Positions 1 to 10,025 of a stretch of DNA of 64,000 bases are shown one piece after another (the first letter of the stretch is position 1; every line of letters starts with the position of its first letter). A model generated the notes under the pieces. That model was given only the letters and a program-made list of their open reading frames with translations, was not told the DNA's origin and did no database searches. The stretch is from an uncultured Spirochaetota bacterium (lineage in GTDB: Bacteria > Spirochaetota > Brevinematia > Brevinematales > JAOACQ01): NCBI GenBank assembly GCA_963783575.1, contig CAWAOD010000004.1, positions 192,001-256,000 on the forward strand. The letters run 5' to 3'. The position numbers and the translations under genes are program-made.

Positions 1-995
1 TACATTGTCTCAAATTTTGATTGAAAATGCCTGACTAAAGGCTGTATATCCTCGGGTCTGTCCCTGAGCGGCGGGAGGGTTATTTTTAACCCGTTAAGCC
101 TGTAATAAAGGTCTTCACGGAATTTCTTCTGTTTTATGCTTTCCGACAAATTCTGATTGGTGGAAGCTATTACCCTGGCATTGAAGGGTAAAGATTTAAC
201 GCTTCCTAAGGGCTCAAAAATCTTTGCCTCAATGGCTCTTAAAAGCTTAGCCTGTAATGACAGATTCATGTCGCCAATCTCGTCGAGAAACAGAATACCA
301 TCCCCTGCTATTTCAAACTTTCCCGGTTTTCTGTGAGCGGCACCGGTAAATGCGCCTTTTTCATACCCGAAGAGCTCGCTTTCAAGAAGTTCCGACGGTA
401 TGGCCGCGCAGTTGATTGCAATAAAGGGTTTGCCGGAGCGGTTACCGCGGGTATGGATCATCCTGGCCGCAAGTTCCTTTCCCGTCCCGCTTTCACCCAG
501 AATCAGGACAGGAATTTCCCAATCCTTAATTTTACCGATTTTATCAATTATTCCGCTAATTTTATCACTTTTATAAATAAAGTCAAATTCATCCCTGTCA
601 ACAGTCTTTTTAATTTTTATTAAAGTATTTTTTAAGTAGAACTTCTCAGTTATATCAATAATGTCCCCTATATCAAAGGGTTTTTTTATATAATCGGCGG
701 CGCCGTATTTCATAGCGCTTACAGCCGTTTCAACCGTGGCGTAAGCGGTAATAATCACTATAAATAAGTTTTCATCTTTAACCCTTTTCACAACCTCAAC
801 CCCGTCAATATCCGGCAGTCTCAGGTCTATAAAAGCAAGTTTAAATTTCCCGGAACCGATTTTATTGATTGCACTCAAACCGTTTTCCGCTGTTTCCACG
901 TCATAACCTTCCAGAGACAGCGCTTTCATCATTCCTTCGCACATCCCGATTTCATCGTCAACGATCAATACTTTGAAATCTTTTTTCCCGTTCAT
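1..995 (-). CDS. Sigma-54-dependent response regulator (NtrC family: REC + AAA+), 3' end runs off the window
   Basis: Manual translation from ATG at 995: MNGKKDFKVLIVDDE (receiver domain), then FGYEKGAFTGA and FREDLYYRLN. The start overlaps the kinase stop codon (ATGA). Confidence 0.93.
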   Translation of the reverse strand, partial: MNGKKDFKVLIVDDEIGMCEGMMKALSLEGYDVETAENGLSAINKIGSGKFKLAFIDLRLPDIDGVEVVKRVKDENLFIVIITAYATVETAVSAMKYGAADYIKKPFDIGDIIDITEKFYLKNTLIKIKKTVDRDEFDFIYKSDKISGIIDKIGKIKDWEIPVLILGESGTGKELAARMIHTRGNRSGKPFIAINCAAIPSELLESELFGYEKGAFTGAAHRKPGKFEIAGDGILFLDEIGDMNLSLQAKLLRAIEAKIFEPLGSVKSLPFNARVIASTNQNLSESIKQKKFREDLYYRLNGLKITLPPLRDRPEDIQPLVRHFQSKFETM

Positions 996-3145
996 GATTT
1001 TTCTCCTTTCAGAAGGTAAATACTCACTGTGGTTCCCTTTTTTAATTCGCTGGCAATCGTTATATCCCCATGCTGCCGCCTGATTATTTTATGGCTTAGC
1101 GGAAGTCCTAAACCCGTATTGTGTTTGGATTTATTTGTGAAAAAAGGATCGAATACCCTGTCCAGAAATTCTTTTTTAATTCCCACGCCGTTATCGGTAA
1201 TATCAACACGGATGAAACCTTTGTCCTCTTCAATATTGACTGTAATTTGACCATTTTTATGGTGTATGGATTGTATCGCATTATTTATAATATTAAAAAA
1301 TACCTGCTTTAAAGAATCAAGGTTGCCAAGAATCAACGGGTTATCCGGAACAATATCAAGGGTGGATTTTATTTTAAGCTTTTTCAGCTTCGGCTCAAAA
1401 AGATCAAGCATCTCTTTTATAAATTCAGGAAGGTTAATCGGGCACATAACCAGGTTTTCATCCCTGGAAAAATTGAGAAGCTTTTCTATAAGAGAATTTA
1501 TCCTCTTGATTTCGGTCTCCACTCTTTTTATGTATTCCTTTTCTTCTGTTGGGGATAATTTTCCTGTAGCTATCAACTGGACATGATTTAAAATAATTGC
1601 CATCGGGTTTCCGACTTCATGGGCTACATCCGCGGCAAAACGGCCGACATCCGCCAGCTTTTCAGCCTTTATAACGGCATTCTCAAGAGCAAGATTCTCG
1701 GTTATATCGATGATGACAAGAATTATTCCGCTGGTCTGTACATTACCGTCACATATCGGGAAAAGATTTACTGAGTATACCTTACATCCGCTATTAAGCC
1801 GGTCTATTACCGAGGGTTTGCCGTCGGAAAAAACCTTTTTAACGATTTTTTCAATTTTTTCCCTATGGGAAGAAAAAAATGATACGGAAAAAAACGATAA
1901 ATTTGTAATATCTGCGGAAAATTTTAATTCACTCCTGGCGCTCTGATTAGCGAGTACGATTTTATAATCCCTGTCAATTACCAGGGTATTGACCATCAGA
2001 CTCTGGAATACAGCGTCAATATAATTGTTCAACAGGGTTAAGTCTTTGTTGTTCTTCTCCAGCATCTCACTATTCCTTTTCAAAGCCAGAATCATATTAT
2101 TAAAATCATTCGAAAGATGGCCAAGCTCATCGCTGCGGGTAATTTTTACCCTGTAATCATAATCCCCGGCTGATACGGCATTTGTTGCCGAAACCAGTCT
2201 CTGAATTGATTTTATAAGCCTGGAACCCCAGAAATAAAATGTAACAACAGGGATAATCACACAAAAGATAGTTAATAAAACCATTTGTAAATTTACGGGA
2301 TTGTTCCTTTTCGAAAAATAACTCTGCTGAAATCCGGCAAATATCCTGCCCTCTATCGACCTGCCGATATCAAACGGATATAAAAAAAGATTATACTGTT
2401 TCCCATTATATTGATAAGTGTTTATTTTAGAATCGATTATATTTCCTGAAAACACCTGCTGATTGGATTCTATACCGGGGAAAGTTGAAAAGATGAATCT
2501 GCCCCGGACCTGAACGGCAATATCGATTCCGTATTGTATAACCGCATTTGTGAAGTATTGTTTATCAAATGTTTTCTGCATTAGAATCAGGCCGACTTCT
2601 TTTCCGTTTCTATTTACTGAAATCAAGGTATTCATGTATAACGAACGGGAAAACATATTAAATGTATTGTCAAAATACTTTTCCAGCGATTCGGGATAAA
2701 TTTCATCCGGTATAAATATAGAATTACCAATAACGGTTACTTTTTTGTAACTATCATAGTTTTTACGGTAAACGGCGATGCTTTCGATATCTTTTGACAG
2801 GGCAAATTTTTCAACCTCTTCCCTGAGCGGTAATATATCGGCAGCAAGAGTCGCGGGCTCGATTTTATCCCAGTATTTTGTATAAAAACTCAATTTATCC
2901 TGCAGGTAAGAGTATTTGGAAAACTCTTTTAAAGAGCGGCTGTAATTATCCTGGATTACGGCGATATTATTTTTCAACTTGCTTACAACATCGTCCAGAA
3001 ATTCCTGCTGCGCCTTAATACTGTTTTTATAAATCTGGACGCTAGAAAAAATAGCGATTAAAAGCATCGGTATAATGATAGCTCCAAGTGTAAACAGGAG
3101 AAGTTTTTGCTTCAGCCTCATTCCAGCCCCCGTATATAGGATCAA
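992..3145 (-). CDS. Membrane sensor histidine kinase (extracytoplasmic sensor, HAMP, PAS-like, HisKA, HATPase); likely start 3121
   Basis: Two TM segments, HAMP (SDELGHLSNDFNNM), H-box (VAHEVGNP), N/G boxes (NIINNAIQS, DNGVGI, GLGL). Cognate of the adjacent response regulator. Confidence 0.92.
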   Translation of the reverse strand: MILYTGAGMRLKQKLLLFTLGAIIIPMLLIAIFSSVQIYKNSIKAQQEFLDDVVSKLKNNIAVIQDNYSRSLKEFSKYSYLQDKLSFYTKYWDKIEPATLAADILPLREEVEKFALSKDIESIAVYRKNYDSYKKVTVIGNSIFIPDEIYPESLEKYFDNTFNMFSRSLYMNTLISVNRNGKEVGLILMQKTFDKQYFTNAVIQYGIDIAVQVRGRFIFSTFPGIESNQQVFSGNIIDSKINTYQYNGKQYNLFLYPFDIGRSIEGRIFAGFQQSYFSKRNNPVNLQMVLLTIFCVIIPVVTFYFWGSRLIKSIQRLVSATNAVSAGDYDYRVKITRSDELGHLSNDFNNMILALKRNSEMLEKNNKDLTLLNNYIDAVFQSLMVNTLVIDRDYKIVLANQSARSELKFSADITNLSFFSVSFFSSHREKIEKIVKKVFSDGKPSVIDRLNSGCKVYSVNLFPICDGNVQTSGIILVIIDITENLALENAVIKAEKLADVGRFAADVAHEVGNPMAIILNHVQLIATGKLSPTEEKEYIKRVETEIKRINSLIEKLLNFSRDENLVMCPINLPEFIKEMLDLFEPKLKKLKIKSTLDIVPDNPLILGNLDSLKQVFFNIINNAIQSIHHKNGQITVNIEEDKGFIRVDITDNGVGIKKEFLDRVFDPFFTNKSKHNTGLGLPLSHKIIRRQHGDITIASELKKGTTVSIYLLKGEKS

Positions 3146-3239
3146 TAAGTTATTCAGATTACCTATAATAATAACATCAACTATTGTACCATTCGATCTG
3201 AAAAAAACTCAAAATTTCAATTGACATATTTTCCATGCA

Positions 3240-3291
3240 GGGAAGTTCAAAAATCTCATTTACAACCATTTTTTATAAAACGGAACTGCCC
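3240..3291. repeat. ~52-bp mini inverted-repeat element (GGG[A/C]AGTTC...GAACTGCCC)
   Basis: Imperfect terminal IRs. Its reverse complement aligns end-to-end with 56785-56837. Confidence 0.65.
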
Positions 3292-3303
3292 TATAGATAA
3301 AAA

Positions 3304-3738
3304 TTACAGGAATTTTTTTACATAATACCGCTTTATATTTTCAGGATAACCATCGATTGTTGCGAAAACCGAATACCCCTTTTTCTTATAGAATTCAATA
3401 GCTTGAAAACTAAATGTATCTAAATGGATAAAATTACACCCATTTTCTTTAGCGAATTTTTCCGCGCTTTCTAAAAGATCTGAACCGATTCTTTGTTTTC
3501 TTAATTTTGAATTGACCCATAAAGATTGCACATACATTGATTTTAAAAATATGTTTGTTATAATACCTGCGGCAATTTCATTATTTTGATTTCTTATTAC
3601 AACATTATATTCAAATGGAGGAACGTTGAGTTTAGGGCCGACTTTTTCAATATTATACCCAATGAGATTCCATGTTATAAAATCAAAATCTTCTTTAGTT
3701 GCTTCATATTTAACTGACAAAGTGTTATCTAAATTCAT
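3304..3738 (-). CDS. GNAT family N-acetyltransferase
   Basis: LWVNSKLRKQRIGSDLL acetyl-CoA motif and LDTFSFQAIEFYKKKGY. Confidence 0.9.
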   Translation of the reverse strand: MNLDNTLSVKYEATKEDFDFITWNLIGYNIEKVGPKLNVPPFEYNVVIRNQNNEIAAGIITNIFLKSMYVQSLWVNSKLRKQRIGSDLLESAEKFAKENGCNFIHLDTFSFQAIEFYKKKGYSVFATIDGYPENIKRYYVKKFL

Positions 3739-4195
3739 AATTACCTCCTACGGTAAATGCACTCCTTCTATCGTATTATTCGATCGAATAAGTCTTTAAT
3801 AGAATATTAATCGACAAACATTGGCTTCAAAAGTAGATTCAAATAATTGGAATAAGAATGATAGACGGAGTGAGCTATAATTAACGCCATAATAATCCCC
3901 TTTCTATGGTAACCAAACAACAACATGACCTTTAGCTATATAACAGCCAAAAACCGATTTACCAATAGAACATTTTAAACACAAATATGTTATGAAACGT
4001 CAGAAGATTACTTGCGCATTATTCGCTTTCACTCCTTAAATTGAATTGTAAGATATTCTATCTTCAAAATTTTATTTTGTCAAAAAAAACGAAAACAGAA
4101 ACATTTTCAAAAAGCCGGTAAACTTGGAACTCCAGTGGTTTATGCCGATACCCGTATCGATATTTCAAAAACAAGAAGAGAATTTGGATATAATC

Positions 4196-5449
4196 CTAAA
4201 AAGCCTGCACAAAACTGCTCCTGTTGTTTGTATCCCCTGTGTCAAGCTGGCCATAATTATTATATCCTGCAACCCACAATGTCCCGTCAGTCTTTAATGC
4301 AAGTGTATGATAAGCGCCGCTAGAGACTGCACTCACACCTGAAAGGACCTGCACAAAACTGCTCCTATTGTTTGTATCTCCTGTTCCAAGCTGGCCATAA
4401 TTATTATACCCCGCAACCCACAATGTCCCGTCAGTCTCCAGTGCGAGCGTTTGATGATAGCCGCCAGAAGCTGCACTCACATTTGAAAGAACCAGCGCAA
4501 AGTTGGTATATGGAGGTTTAGACCCTGTTCCAAACTCACCGGAAGAAGCCTGTCCCGCGCCCCACATTGTCCCGTCATTCTTCAATGCAAGCGAGTGAAA
4601 GTAGCCGCAAAAGACTGCACTCACACCTGAAAGGACCTGTACAAAATTGCTCCTGTTGTTTGTATCTCCTGTTCCAAGCTGATACTCATAATTATACCCC
4701 GTAGCCCACAATGTACCGTCAGTCTTTAATGCAAGCGTGTGAGAATCGCCGCAAGAAACCGCGCTCACACCTGAAAGGACCTGTACAAAACTGCTCCTGT
4801 TGTTTGTATCCCCTGTTCCAAGCTCACCAGAACTATTCTGTCCCGTAGCCCATAATGTACCGTCAGTCTTTAATACAAGCGTTTGATAACTACCGCTAGA
4901 GACTGCACTCACACCTGAAAGTACCTGCACAAAGTTACTCCTGGAGTATAAATCACCTATGCCAAGCTCACCATCAACATTATACCCCGTAGCCCACAAT
5001 GTTCCGTTAGTCTTCAATGCGAACGTATGCCCGCCATCACCGCCAAAGACTGCGCTTACTCCGGATAAAACCTGCACAAAATTGCTCCTGTCGATATGAT
5101 CTCCTGAGCCAAGCTGGCCATTATCATTACGCCCCGCCGCCCATAATGTACCGTCATTTTTCAATGCAAACGATTGATAAAAACCGGCTGAAATCTTTGT
5201 TATTAAAGACGGCGAAACAGAGCTGCTTGAAGAAGAATTACTTGAAGAAAAGCTACTCAAAGCAGAACTATTTAAAGAAGAATTACTTGAAGAAAAGCCG
5301 CTTGATGCAAAACTACTCGAAACAGAACTACTTCCTTTTAAATCGTTGACAACATCTTGCGGACTCCAGAGAGAAACCCATAAACTACAGGAAAAAAAGA
5401 TCAATTCCGATAATAGGGCCGCTATAATTAATGATAAAGTCTTTTTCAT
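4196..5449 (-). CDS. RCC1/BLIP-II-like seven-repeat beta-propeller lipoprotein with Ser-rich linker
   Basis: Signal peptide with lipobox-like IFFSC, poly-Ser linker, and seven ~48-aa repeats (G..HTLALKTDGTLWATG.N..GQLGTG). Confidence 0.88.
   Translation of the reverse strand: MKKTLSLIIAALLSELIFFSCSLWVSLWSPQDVVNDLKGSSSVSSSFASSGFSSSNSSLNSSALSSFSSSNSSSSSSVSPSLITKISAGFYQSFALKNDGTLWAAGRNDNGQLGSGDHIDRSNFVQVLSGVSAVFGGDGGHTFALKTNGTLWATGYNVDGELGIGDLYSRSNFVQVLSGVSAVSSGSYQTLVLKTDGTLWATGQNSSGELGTGDTNNRSSFVQVLSGVSAVSCGDSHTLALKTDGTLWATGYNYEYQLGTGDTNNRSNFVQVLSGVSAVFCGYFHSLALKNDGTMWGAGQASSGEFGTGSKPPYTNFALVLSNVSAASGGYHQTLALETDGTLWVAGYNNYGQLGTGDTNNRSSFVQVLSGVSAVSSGAYHTLALKTDGTLWVAGYNNYGQLDTGDTNNRSSFVQAF
4200..5200. 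repeat. Intragenic tandem repeat, ~144-bp period, 7 units
   Basis: Recurrent CACCTGAAAGGACCTG and GTTTGTATC.CCTGTTCCAAGCT blocks, e.g. ~4624 and ~4768. Confidence 0.85.
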
Positions 5450-5496
5450 GTTATTTACTCCCGTTTTGTCAAAATCTTAGCAGCCGGTATCTTTTA

Positions 5497-6885
5497 CTAG
5501 AATCTTACGCCAATCCCAATCATTGGATAGATCCCCCCATCCATCATGGAATACCTCATACCGGCATCAATAAATAATTTCCACCATTCCATTTCCAGCT
5601 TGAGTATCGGCGATAAAATAAAATGATTGGCATTATAACAGAATCCTCCGGTGGACAACCATAATCGGAAATCTCCTGATCTGAAAAAAGAATACGATAT
5701 ATCCGCATCCTCCGTCAGAACTACCCTCTCAAAATTGAATACTACTCCAAATGATGCGGAAACACGGAAATAATCGATAAATTTGTAGTCAACCCCGATG
5801 CTCCCTCCAAGGCCGCCTTCGAAGAATCGGATTGGAATATAGAATTTTCTCCCGCCTTCTTTTTGAACAGGTCTTATAGCATTTTTGCTCTCATCTTTTG
5901 GAATATTCGCTTTTATTATACCTTCTTTCCCTCCCTCGATTATCAGTTGGTAGCTTTTACCCTCTTCAACCAGAACTTCCTTTTCCCAGATTTCTTTACC
6001 GTCCTTATTAATTTTAATGACATTTGTGAATTCCGATCTTATATTTTTTATATTGATCTCTCCATTCTCGCCTGTTTCGCCTGCTGGAATATCATTGACA
6101 ATTATAGCGGCTTTCGGAACTGTTTTTATTAAAATACTGCCAGACGGAGTATAGGATAATTTATAAATATCATCTTCTTTAACCCGGATAAAATCTTTAT
6201 AAACCTCATTCTCTTTGCCATCCTTTAAATTACGAAGAGAAATTTCTGCATCTTCATTGGCGGCTATGATATCAGAAAATCCTTCTGATTTCTTAATATC
6301 TTTCTGAAAAACATTATTTATATAGAGTTTATATTCTCTATTTTCAGCATTGATTTCCACATTCAGCTTTCCAATCTTTATATCTTTGCCCAAAATGAGT
6401 GAACTTATGTTTTTTATCAATTTATCCACAGTATCAAAAATATCCCTCCCGGCATCCCCTTTATACTCCCTTTTCAATATCAATTCGGAAGTTTTAACAT
6501 CATAATCATATACTGTAATGATTATTGTTTCGTTTTGCTTATTCACGCTGTAAGTACCAAAAATAGCTTGATTTACCTTTAATTTCAAACCTATATCCAG
6601 GGCGGCATTGACATCGAGCTTTCTTGATTCCCAGAAATTTTCTTCTTTGGCCGCATTCTCAACATCGCTGAATGGGCGAATTTTAATACCGGGTAATTTT
6701 GAAAGGAAGGTAGTCATGGATTTGCAAACGACCAGGTTTATACTATTCTCAGTCTTATCACCAAGATTGATAAAACCAATAACTGCGAGGGATTTTACTT
6801 CATCAGCATGAATTTCAGCAAAAAAAATAACTGTAAAAATAAACAGCCATAAATACTTCTTAAGTGCAAATATATAAATTTTCAT
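5497..6885 (-). CDS. Exported protein: N-terminal TolB_N/FlgO/CsgG-like domain, PEGA-like middle region, C-terminal outer-membrane beta-barrel-like region
   Basis: Signal peptide, LAVIGFINLG start, AIFGTY motif, alternating beta-strand pattern ending in terminal Phe (IGIGVRF). Confidence 0.55.
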   Translation of the reverse strand: MKIYIFALKKYLWLFIFTVIFFAEIHADEVKSLAVIGFINLGDKTENSINLVVCKSMTTFLSKLPGIKIRPFSDVENAAKEENFWESRKLDVNAALDIGLKLKVNQAIFGTYSVNKQNETIIITVYDYDVKTSELILKREYKGDAGRDIFDTVDKLIKNISSLILGKDIKIGKLNVEINAENREYKLYINNVFQKDIKKSEGFSDIIAANEDAEISLRNLKDGKENEVYKDFIRVKEDDIYKLSYTPSGSILIKTVPKAAIIVNDIPAGETGENGEINIKNIRSEFTNVIKINKDGKEIWEKEVLVEEGKSYQLIIEGGKEGIIKANIPKDESKNAIRPVQKEGGRKFYIPIRFFEGGLGGSIGVDYKFIDYFRVSASFGVVFNFERVVLTEDADISYSFFRSGDFRLWLSTGGFCYNANHFILSPILKLEMEWWKLFIDAGMRYSMMDGGIYPMIGIGVRF

Positions 6886-7062
6886 TTGCTATACACCCCT
6901 CGATAGAAATATTACTGATAGGAAAATTTATAATTCTCCACTGTCAGATATTCTATCACCCGGCAGGAAAAACCGCAAAATTTCAATGCTTTTCCCAAGA
7001 GACAGTTTAGTCCTCAAAAAAATCCAGGAAAGTGTTTGTAACTCATCCCACTTTCACACACA

Positions 7063-7083
7063 TTTGACAGGCTCAGCGCATCG
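7063..7083. repeat. REP-like short palindromic unit (TTTGACAGGCTCAGCGCATCG)
   Basis: Resembles, from recall, the CTGAGC-NN-GTCGAA class of REP units. A related motif occurs near 59415. Confidence 0.35.
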
Positions 7084-7295
7084 CCGTGTCAAGTGGCTGT
7101 AAAAAGCTTTATGAAGTCCAGTATAAGCCGGAGATGATCAATTCATACTGCCTTGATATTAATTACAATTTATTGGATAATAATCCTGTTCAATTTGATT
7201 AATCTGAATACAAACTCCTGAAAGTCTTGCAATCAGATTGAGAAATTAAATTCTATAAAAAAGCCCGGATTGGATTATAATGTCAGGAGGAAATA

Positions 7296-8087
7296 ATGAA
7301 TAAGATCACTGCTTCAATTTTTTTTATTTTATTGCTGGCTGGATTTTCGGGTACAATTTATTCTGCCGGTATCACAAATGATTCTTTATCAACTAATATG
7401 TCACCCGGTGGATCCCTCGCCCCAAGTAATACAGTTATTCAGACGAATTCTTTTACCGAGGGTATATGGATTCATAAATATCCCAAAAATTATACATGTT
7501 TCAGGTTTCAAACTCCGTCTGGCGTAATAATAATTACAGATCCTTATAATATCAATACCGCTGTTTCACCCGATATAGTCACCATCAGCCATCATCATGG
7601 CGATCATAAAAGTTTCACTAATATCATAAATACCAATATGGTTCTTGATGTTGTCGGTGAATATACATACAAGGGCATAAAAATAACCGGTCTGGAGGGC
7701 CGCCATTACAGAATTTCATCGGGCATCGATACCGATACAATGAATAATATTTATGTTTTTGATGTAGAGGGCATCAGGATCGCCCAGTTTGCCTCGCAGG
7801 GGGAAAAACCGACAAAAGCAATGTTCGATAAAATAGGCAGGATAGATATTCTGATAATCCAAATAAGCAGTGATGTGACAAAAATGACTTTAGATGAATG
7901 TGAAGAAGTTGTTACAGCGATTGGGACAAAAATAATTATACCGGCTCATGGAGATCCGCCGCTGAGCGTTCCGTTTTCAAAGCAAATCGGCGGAAGTTTA
8001 GTAAAAATACCACTCGGGGATATTATCATCACTCGAAAATATATTGATTCTTTGAAAAAACCCGAGGTATTGGTGCTTGATAATTGA
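7296..8087 (+). CDS. Exported MBL-fold metallo-hydrolase
   Basis: Signal peptide, ITDPY, TISHHHGDH metal motif and IIIPAHG. RBS AGGAGG. Confidence 0.85.
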   Translation: MNKITASIFFILLLAGFSGTIYSAGITNDSLSTNMSPGGSLAPSNTVIQTNSFTEGIWIHKYPKNYTCFRFQTPSGVIIITDPYNINTAVSPDIVTISHHHGDHKSFTNIINTNMVLDVVGEYTYKGIKITGLEGRHYRISSGIDTDTMNNIYVFDVEGIRIAQFASQGEKPTKAMFDKIGRIDILIIQISSDVTKMTLDECEEVVTAIGTKIIIPAHGDPPLSVPFSKQIGGSLVKIPLGDIIITRKYIDSLKKPEVLVLDN

Positions 8088-8130
8088 TGGCAGTTCTAAA
8101 ATATGCAGGCCCGGTAACTGCAAAAATAAC

Positions 8131-8161
8131 AGACGCCTCCCCTGTCAAAGGGAGACGTTTT
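8131..8161. terminator. Probable bidirectional intrinsic terminator between convergent genes
   Basis: Stem ACG.CTCCC...GGGAGACGT followed by a T run. Confidence 0.55.
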
Positions 8162-8173
8162 AATCAAAATTTT

Positions 8174-9049
8174 TCATTTAGCTAAGACATAGATCTTGCT
8201 GTTAAACCAATCCTGTATGGTTAAATACTTCCCATCCTTTGTGAGATAAACATTTCCTCTTGCATCGGAAACCTCCGAGGGAAGTTCCTCATTATTCCAT
8301 AAACTTCCACCGTTTTCAGTCCTCATAACCAGCCAGCGCCTTTCTGGTTTATCTGTCAATAATACCAATGTTCCCTTATTTTCATCCTGAAAACGGAGAG
8401 AAACAATGGCCGAGAATGGAATCTCCTCGCTTATTTGACTACCATTCAGATTAACTGCTGTTTTATTCCATGTTTTTCCGGTGTCTTTTGTTGAAAATAA
8501 ATACCCTTTTTGTGAAAAAATGAAAACCTCATTCTCCGAAATCCCATCCATTGCCATTATACCATTAATTCCGGCGGGTAATTTGACATTTTGCCATGAT
8601 TTCGCTCCATCCAGTGTCAGCGCAAGCATAGAGGGAGAAGCAATCCATCCGGTTAACGGATTGATAAAGCTGATATAACGGCAATGATCAGGCTCTGAAA
8701 AACCGAAACTTCCTGCCAATGCCCAGTTTTTCCCTCCGTCATGAGACACCATAATATTAGGGCCGTTTCCGCAATTGATGATATTTCCAGAATCGATGAT
8801 TTCAAGGCCGAACCTGCATGGCGAGGCGTTCTTAGCCATCGGCCATGTTTTACCGCCGTCTTCGGTATAATGAACTTCTCCCATCCTTCCTACTGTAACA
8901 CCAAATTGTGGATTCAAGAAGCCCGCAAGCTGTGAGCCATGCGAGTAATCCGAAACCGCCACCGTCTTCCAGGCCGGAGTAGCATAACCCATCCCGGCAA
9001 CCACAACACTTAACAATACCGTCATGCAGATCGAAAGACTAGTTCTCAT
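8174..9049 (-). CDS. Secreted BNR/Asp-box (YCF48-like) beta-propeller protein
   Basis: Signal peptide and repeated Asp-boxes (TEDGGKTW, SHDGGKNW, TLDGAKSW, TKDTGKTW, TENGGSLW). Confidence 0.8.
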   Translation of the reverse strand: MRTSLSICMTVLLSVVVAGMGYATPAWKTVAVSDYSHGSQLAGFLNPQFGVTVGRMGEVHYTEDGGKTWPMAKNASPCRFGLEIIDSGNIINCGNGPNIMVSHDGGKNWALAGSFGFSEPDHCRYISFINPLTGWIASPSMLALTLDGAKSWQNVKLPAGINGIMAMDGISENEVFIFSQKGYLFSTKDTGKTWNKTAVNLNGSQISEEIPFSAIVSLRFQDENKGTLVLLTDKPERRWLVMRTENGGSLWNNEELPSEVSDARGNVYLTKDGKYLTIQDWFNSKIYVLAK

Positions 9050-9366
9050 TAATTACCTCCATAAAAAAACAATATTATTACCTTCCTAATATCAGTATAG
9101 ACAAATTTATTCTGTCATTGATATAGATTTTAATAGCCCGAAATATGAAGTCCATAGTCTGACAGGCTCATTTGTTAAAAAAACTCCTGAGAATTTCGGA
9201 CTATTTGATTAAGGAAATAATAAAAATGAATCGGTAAAAATAATAATAATCTGATTTCATGGTTTAAACTGGAATACTATGAATTAATAAAGTCGGTTGG
9301 CTCTCTAAAATGGTATTATATGAACAGCCTTATGCCAGAAGCCCTCAGAAATTAACCTGAAATTGT

Positions 9367-9397
9367 TTGACAATTATTATACCGATCGGTATAATAA
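9367..9397 (+). promoter_or_regulatory. Consensus sigma70 promoter overlapped by a perfect 24-bp palindromic operator
   Basis: TTGACA (9367-9372), 17-bp spacer, TATAAT (9390-9395). Palindrome TTATTATACCGATCGGTATAATAA at 9374-9397, upstream of a TetR gene. Confidence 0.85.
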
Positions 9398-9431
9398 ACT
9401 TACTATTATAATCTGAATTTAATCTGATTAT

Positions 9432-10025
9432 TTGGGGGCAAGTATAAGCAGCCGTGAAAAAATATTGAAATGCAGTCTTAAACTTTTTTCTTCAAAAGGT
9501 TATGACGCTGTGGGAGTCCAGGAAATAGCTGAGTCTGCAAGTATAACAAAACCAACGCTTTATCATTTTTTTGGAAGTAAAAGGGGTTTGCTGAATGCCT
9601 TATTGATGAGATACTGGGAAGGTTTCTATGATAAAGTGTCAAAAGCCTCTTGTTTTACCATTGATTTAAAAACATGTTTAAATCAAATTGCCGGAATTTT
9701 TACCGAATTTGCAAAAAATAATCAGGAATTTTACCGGATGCAGCTGGCAATGTATTTTTCACCTGTAGAAAGCGTGCCGAATCAGGCGGTAAAAGAAATA
9801 AACTATAAATTATATGAGATTATCGAGGATTTGTTTAATAAAGCATCAAAAAATTATAAAAATTTTACCGGAAGACAAAAAACATTAGCGGCAACTTTTA
9901 TCGGAATGCTGAATACTTACATTGGCCTTTCATTAAACGGTTATTGTGAATTGAACAATGAATTGATTAACAATGCTTTGAATCAATTTTTACATGGGAT
10001 TTTTTATGAGCAATTGGGCAAATGA
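9432..10025 (+). CDS. TetR/AcrR family transcriptional regulator
   Basis: N-terminal HTH: LFSSKGYDAVGVQEIAESASITKPTLYHFFGSK. Confidence 0.92.
   Translation: MGASISSREKILKCSLKLFSSKGYDAVGVQEIAESASITKPTLYHFFGSKRGLLNALLMRYWEGFYDKVSKASCFTIDLKTCLNQIAGIFTEFAKNNQEFYRMQLAMYFSPVESVPNQAVKEINYKLYEIIEDLFNKASKNYKNFTGRQKTLAATFIGMLNTYIGLSLNGYCELNNELINNALNQFLHGIFYEQLGK

Noticed and set aside
3807..3927. Short minus-strand ORF (…YHRKGIIMALIIAHSVY…) faintly like a CAAX-protease C-terminus
   Set aside because: Too short and too weak to support without a database search.
4200..5200. Regularly spaced repeats as a CRISPR array or DGR template/variable repeat
   Set aside because: The repeats are in-frame 144-bp protein repeats. 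There are no unique spacers, cas genes or reverse transcriptase in the window, and no separate non-coding template copy was seen.
4196..8087. BLIP-II-like protein as an inhibitor of the neighbouring MBL-fold hydrolase
   Set aside because: BLIP-II inhibits class A serine beta-lactamases, not MBL-fold enzymes, and the genes are divergently transcribed.
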